The notes under the pieces are model-generated. The model saw only the letters and a program-made list of their open reading frames with translations. It searched no databases and had not been told where the DNA came from. A stretch of 64,000 nt of DNA from an uncultured Gemmatimonadales bacterium (GTDB lineage Bacteria; Gemmatimonadota; Gemmatimonadetes; Longimicrobiales; Gaopeijiaceae), in contig CAWELD010000003.1 in assembly GCA_963809895.1 (NCBI GenBank), forward strand, positions 2,848,001 to 2,912,000. Direction: 5' to 3'. This document shows, piece after piece, positions 60,541 through 64,000 of this stretch. The position numbers and the translations under genes were made by a program. How positions within the stretch are numbered: the first letter of the stretch is position 1; each line of letters opens with the position of its first letter.

Positions 60541-60918
60541 GTGAGGAAGCCGGCCTTCACCGCCCTGCTCGTCCTGACAATGGCTGCCTGCGCATCGCCA
60601 GGCACACCGCGGGCGTCCAGACCCAACCCCGACCTCATCACGCGAGCCGAGATCGAAGAGGCCGGGCCCTCGTCGGCCTACGACCTGATCCAGAAGCTGC
60701 GCCCCACCTGGCTGCGCAAGCGTGGCAACACGAGCTTCACCCAGGACACGGATCTCGTGGTCTATCTGGACGGCACGCGCATGGGCAACCGGGACGCGCT
60801 CCGCAACGTGTCCACCAACTACATCCAGTCCATCGAGTACCTGGACAGCCGCCGGGCGACGAACCGGTTCGGAACGGGCCATGTCGCCGGAGCGATCTTG
60901 ATCCACACGGGGAACTGA
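60541..60918 (+). CDS. Small lipoprotein consisting of a TonB plug-like domain
   Basis: GTG after GGAGG; lipobox MAAC; ITRAEI..SAYDLIQKLRP..VYLDG..IQSIEYL..ATNRFG..GAILIHT. Confidence 0.75.
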   Translation: MRKPAFTALLVLTMAACASPGTPRASRPNPDLITRAEIEEAGPSSAYDLIQKLRPTWLRKRGNTSFTQDTDLVVYLDGTRMGNRDALRNVSTNYIQSIEYLDSRRATNRFGTGHVAGAILIHTGN

Positions 60919-60944
60919 GCCAGCAGTCCGTTTCTGGAGAGCCC

Positions 60945-61808
60945 ATGCCCATCGAGCACATCTCGGACACCGCCCGCTGGGTGGCAGTGTACCGGGCCAT
61001 GGAAACCGAGCGGCCCGACGCCATCTTCCGGGATCCTTTCGCCCGGCGCCTGGCGGGCGCGCGGGGCGAAGAGATCGTCGAGGGAATCAAGCGCGGACGA
61101 TCCATCGCCTGGTCCATGATCGTGCGCACCGCGCTCTTCGACGAGATCCTGATGCGGGTGCTCGGCGAGGCGAAGGTGGAACTGGTGCTCAACCTGGCGG
61201 CGGGGCTCGACGCCCGGCCCTGGCGCCTGGATCTGCCGGAGTCGCTGCGCTGGGTGGATGCGGACCTCCCGGGCATCCTGGACTACAAGCTCGACGCCCT
61301 CCGCGACGAGACCCCCCGCTGCGACTACGAGGGCGTGCGCATCGATCTCAGGGAGCGCGAGCCGCGGCGGGAGCTCTTCGCCCGCCTGGCCGAGAACAGC
61401 CGCTCGACCCTGGTGTTGACCGAGGGGCTCCTGCTCTACCTCGAGCCGGAATCGGTAGGAGAGCTGGCCAGCGACCTGGCGGCAGAGAAGGGCTTCCACT
61501 CGTGGATCATCGATCTGGCCAATCCCCGCCTCCTGAAGATGATGCTCCGCTGGATGGGCAAGACCACGTCGGCCGGGGGCGCCGAGTTCCGGTTCGCGCC
61601 CGCCGAGGGCACCGGCTTCTTCGCGCGCTTCGGCTGGCGCGAGGCCGAGTATCGCTCCATGTGGGACGAGTCGCAGCGCCTGAAGCGCGAGATGCGGGGG
61701 GCCTGGCTGTGGCGCTTCCTCAGCCGCTTCTCGTCCCAGCGCCGGCGCGAAGAGGCCCGCCGGATGTCGGGCGTGGTGCTCCTGCAGCGGGAGGGCGAGG
61801 TCGGCTGA
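60945..61808 (+). CDS. SAM-dependent methyltransferase (LCM/ML2640-like)
   Basis: TARWVAVYRA, DPFARRLAG, NLAAGLDAR and EGLLLYL. Confidence 0.9.
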   Translation: MPIEHISDTARWVAVYRAMETERPDAIFRDPFARRLAGARGEEIVEGIKRGRSIAWSMIVRTALFDEILMRVLGEAKVELVLNLAAGLDARPWRLDLPESLRWVDADLPGILDYKLDALRDETPRCDYEGVRIDLREREPRRELFARLAENSRSTLVLTEGLLLYLEPESVGELASDLAAEKGFHSWIIDLANPRLLKMMLRWMGKTTSAGGAEFRFAPAEGTGFFARFGWREAEYRSMWDESQRLKREMRGAWLWRFLSRFSSQRRREEARRMSGVVLLQREGEVG

Positions 61809-63309
61809 GCCCGTCGTCCGTCCCCACCGCCCGTCGCTCGAGCAGGATCACCGCCGTGTCGTCGGCGTACCAGCGCTCCCAGTGCCCCGACTGCTCGGCA
61901 GCGCGCGCCAGCGGTGCGGCCGGAGGCACCAGCAGCATGTCGATGCCGCGGCGCTCCAACGCCGTCTCCCACCCGGGCTCGGCGAGCATCACCGACGTGT
62001 ATTCGGCCATGAGCGACGCCCCGAAGAAGTTGGCCATGCCGTCGATGTAGATGCGCTCGCCGGGCCAGGCCCACAGGACGTAGCCACCCCAGAGGTACGC
62101 GTTGAACATGCGCCGGTCCTCGAGACCGGCCTCGCGGGCCCGCGCTACGGCCTCCACCGGAAAGGCCCGGCGCGAGAAGGCGTCGGGGACGATCTGCACG
62201 GGCCCCAGCCTTCCAGAGGTCACGACCAGCCCCGTCAGCACCAGCACGGCGCCGACGATCCAGGGTGCGGTGACGGCCCGGGCATCGTCCTCCTCCATGG
62301 TCCGCCGCGCGCGCTCCACCGGCGCCCAACGCCAACGTCGCAGGGGCTCGGCCGCCACCGACACGGCCAGGGGCAGCGCGAAGAGTCCGAAGAGGGTGAT
62401 GTTTCGCTGGGCCGTCACCCCCGCGACCACCGCCGCCGCCAGAGGCAGCGCCACCGCCCACGGCGGCCGGCGGCGCCGGGCGATCAGCAGGACCACCACA
62501 CCCGACACCACGGCGAAGAAGAGCAGCCCGTATCCGGAGCGAAGGCTCGGCGGCTGGAACTCCTGGATCAGCCCCAGCGCGCCGGTGTCGCCCAGGTGTC
62601 TTAGGATCTCCCGGTGGAGTCCCCATCCCATGGGGTTGAGGAGCGTGGCGCCGACGGCGACCAGGCCCGACAACACGTCTCCCCGGATCCGCGCCGCCCT
62701 GCGGTGATCCAGCATGTCGCCGAGCAGATAGGCCCCCAGGATGGCGACGCCGTAGAAGAACCCCGGATGCAGGTTGGCCCATAGAGCGAAGAGCACGCCC
62801 AGCGCCAGGTGGCGCTTCCAGTCCGGCGGGCGGGTGACGATGCCCAGAAGCAACGACAGGCACAGGAACGAGAACAGGTGGGGACGCGCGATCCAGTGCG
62901 GTCCCGTGAACACCGCCGCCAGGAAGGCCACCGGAACCGCCACCGCCGGCTCGACCCGGGGACGGAGGTAGCGCATGACCAATGCGATGGAGGTGGCGAT
63001 CAACAGCGCCGCGAGCACGGCCACGGCGGCCAGGCCACCCACGCGCTCCGTGAGCCACAGGATCACCTCGCTGAGCCACTCGTAGGCCCGGAAGGGCTCG
63101 CCCGGAAGGGTGTGCGAGAAGACATCGGCGAACACCACCCCGTGCCCGAGGATGTAGCGTCCGAGCACGAGATGCCGGGGAAGGTCCCCGTCACCGTTGA
63201 GCAGGCGCGCCCCGAAGACCACGGGTGTGGCCAGCGCGAGGATGCCGAACAGCAGGGCAGTACCCGAGGGCTGACGGCGCCGTCGCTGGGGGGGCGGGCT
63301 GGAGGTCAT
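61720..63309 (-). CDS. Hypothetical polytopic membrane protein (GT-C glycosyltransferase-like)
   Basis: DGDLPRHL..G, YEWLS, RPHLFS, LWANLHPG, LNP.G, IQEF and IDG motifs; about 11 TMs. Confidence 0.7.
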   Translation of the reverse strand: MTSSPPPQRRRRQPSGTALLFGILALATPVVFGARLLNGDGDLPRHLVLGRYILGHGVVFADVFSHTLPGEPFRAYEWLSEVILWLTERVGGLAAVAVLAALLIATSIALVMRYLRPRVEPAVAVPVAFLAAVFTGPHWIARPHLFSFLCLSLLLGIVTRPPDWKRHLALGVLFALWANLHPGFFYGVAILGAYLLGDMLDHRRAARIRGDVLSGLVAVGATLLNPMGWGLHREILRHLGDTGALGLIQEFQPPSLRSGYGLLFFAVVSGVVVLLIARRRRPPWAVALPLAAAVVAGVTAQRNITLFGLFALPLAVSVAAEPLRRWRWAPVERARRTMEEDDARAVTAPWIVGAVLVLTGLVVTSGRLGPVQIVPDAFSRRAFPVEAVARAREAGLEDRRMFNAYLWGGYVLWAWPGERIYIDGMANFFGASLMAEYTSVMLAEPGWETALERRGIDMLLVPPAAPLARAAEQSGHWERWYADDTAVILLERRAVGTDDGLSRPRPPAAGAPRPTSGGPLRAGAGTRSG

Positions 63310-63432
63310 GCATCGGATGCTAGGGCACCCTACGCGCAACGGCCAGGGTTGACGCCGCGTGTCACGGGCGCCAGATCGCCATCGTACATGGACCAGCCGG
63401 ACGTGCAGTCTCCCCTCTCGGAGGACCCTTCC

Positions 63433-63999
63433 ATGAAGCGCACCGGACTGACCGCCGTTCTCGTCGCGGCGCTGGCCTCACCCCTGGCCGCACAGAACGC
63501 CACCCCCGCCGACCTCACCGCCGAGTACCTCTCCGACATGGCCACCGTGGAGGAAAAGCTGGTGGCCCTGGCCGAGGCCATTCCCGAGGAGCAGTACGGG
63601 TGGCGGCCCATGGAGGGAGTCCGCTCGGTGAGCGAAGCCTTCATGCACGTCACCAGCGAGAACTACTTCTACATGCCCGCAACGCTGGGCGCCGGCCCCC
63701 CGGCGGACCTGAACATGGGCACCGGCCGGGAGATCCCCGGCAACCTGGAGAAGGTGACCAGCAAGGCCGACGTGATCCGGCACCTGCACGCCTCCTACGC
63801 CTACCAGAAAAAGGTGTTGGCCGATTCGGAGGCCAAGCTGGCCACCGGCAAGCTCATGGTGTTCGGCCAGGAGCGCACGGTGGCCGGGCTCTTCAACCTG
63901 TTCCTGGCGGACCAGCACGAGCACCTGGGCCAGCTCATCGCCTACGCCCGCTCGCTGAAGGTCGTGCCGCCGTGGTCGGCGGGGAACGGCGGCGGCTGA
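63433..63999 (+). CDS. Secreted DinB-family protein
   Basis: Signal peptide; AEAIPEEQYGWRP..VRSVSEAFMHV and HEHLGQLIAYAR. Confidence 0.88.
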   Translation: MKRTGLTAVLVAALASPLAAQNATPADLTAEYLSDMATVEEKLVALAEAIPEEQYGWRPMEGVRSVSEAFMHVTSENYFYMPATLGAGPPADLNMGTGREIPGNLEKVTSKADVIRHLHASYAYQKKVLADSEAKLATGKLMVFGQERTVAGLFNLFLADQHEHLGQLIAYARSLKVVPPWSAGNGGG

Positions 64000-64000
64000 T

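Noticed and set aside
57293..60544. 1083-aa ORF spanning several genes
   Set aside because: Arg/Pro/Gly-rich off-frame read-through across four recognisable genes.
63360..63386. TGTCAC-N17-CGTA possible ECF promoter before the DinB gene
   Set aside because: A single imperfect instance with no supporting copy in the window.

Overview
A 64-kb, very GC-rich bacterial chromosomal segment with about 55 protein-coding genes. I saw no rRNA, tRNA, CRISPR array or transposase. The gene style (many lipoproteins, carboxypeptidase-regulatory-domain TonB receptors, a stand-alone plug lipoprotein, an ECF/Ser-Thr kinase pair, abundant secreted peptidases) suggests Gemmatimonadota, which is an inference only. 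In order, the window holds: TolC/TetR; a stand-alone infC with an AUU start; an O-antigen-ligase-like protein; HU; a cold-shock protein; feoAB plus an MgtC/DUF4010 protein; a membrane LuxR and a di-haem cytochrome c peroxidase; two M1 and one M14 peptidase; two TonB receptors, a SusD-like lipoprotein and an ECF/zinc-finger anti-sigma pair; a Tat-exported Mo-oxidoreductase; several hydrolases; an ABC exporter; a HipA-like kinase with DUF3037; an ECF43-type sigma with a TPR kinase; ArsR; a lactonase; comD/comE-like decarboxylase subunits with a cyclase; CocE; GPP34; an APC permease; yhbY; a methyltransferase; and DinB. The best candidate for an undescribed system is 41164-48760. There an ECF43-like sigma/kinase pair sits next to a divergent five-gene envelope cassette: an OmpA lipoprotein, two related DACxLxT lipoproteins, a secreted helical protein and a C-terminally anchored protein. 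The two arms share mirror-image ECF-type promoters (CCCTGKCCCC-N16-CGTCTGGRTG). A second module (SusD-like gene divergent from a TonB receptor-ECF-anti-sigma operon) has its own back-to-back promoter pair. Two genes carry single-base +1 frameshifts. All family calls come from motif recognition by eye, not database searches.
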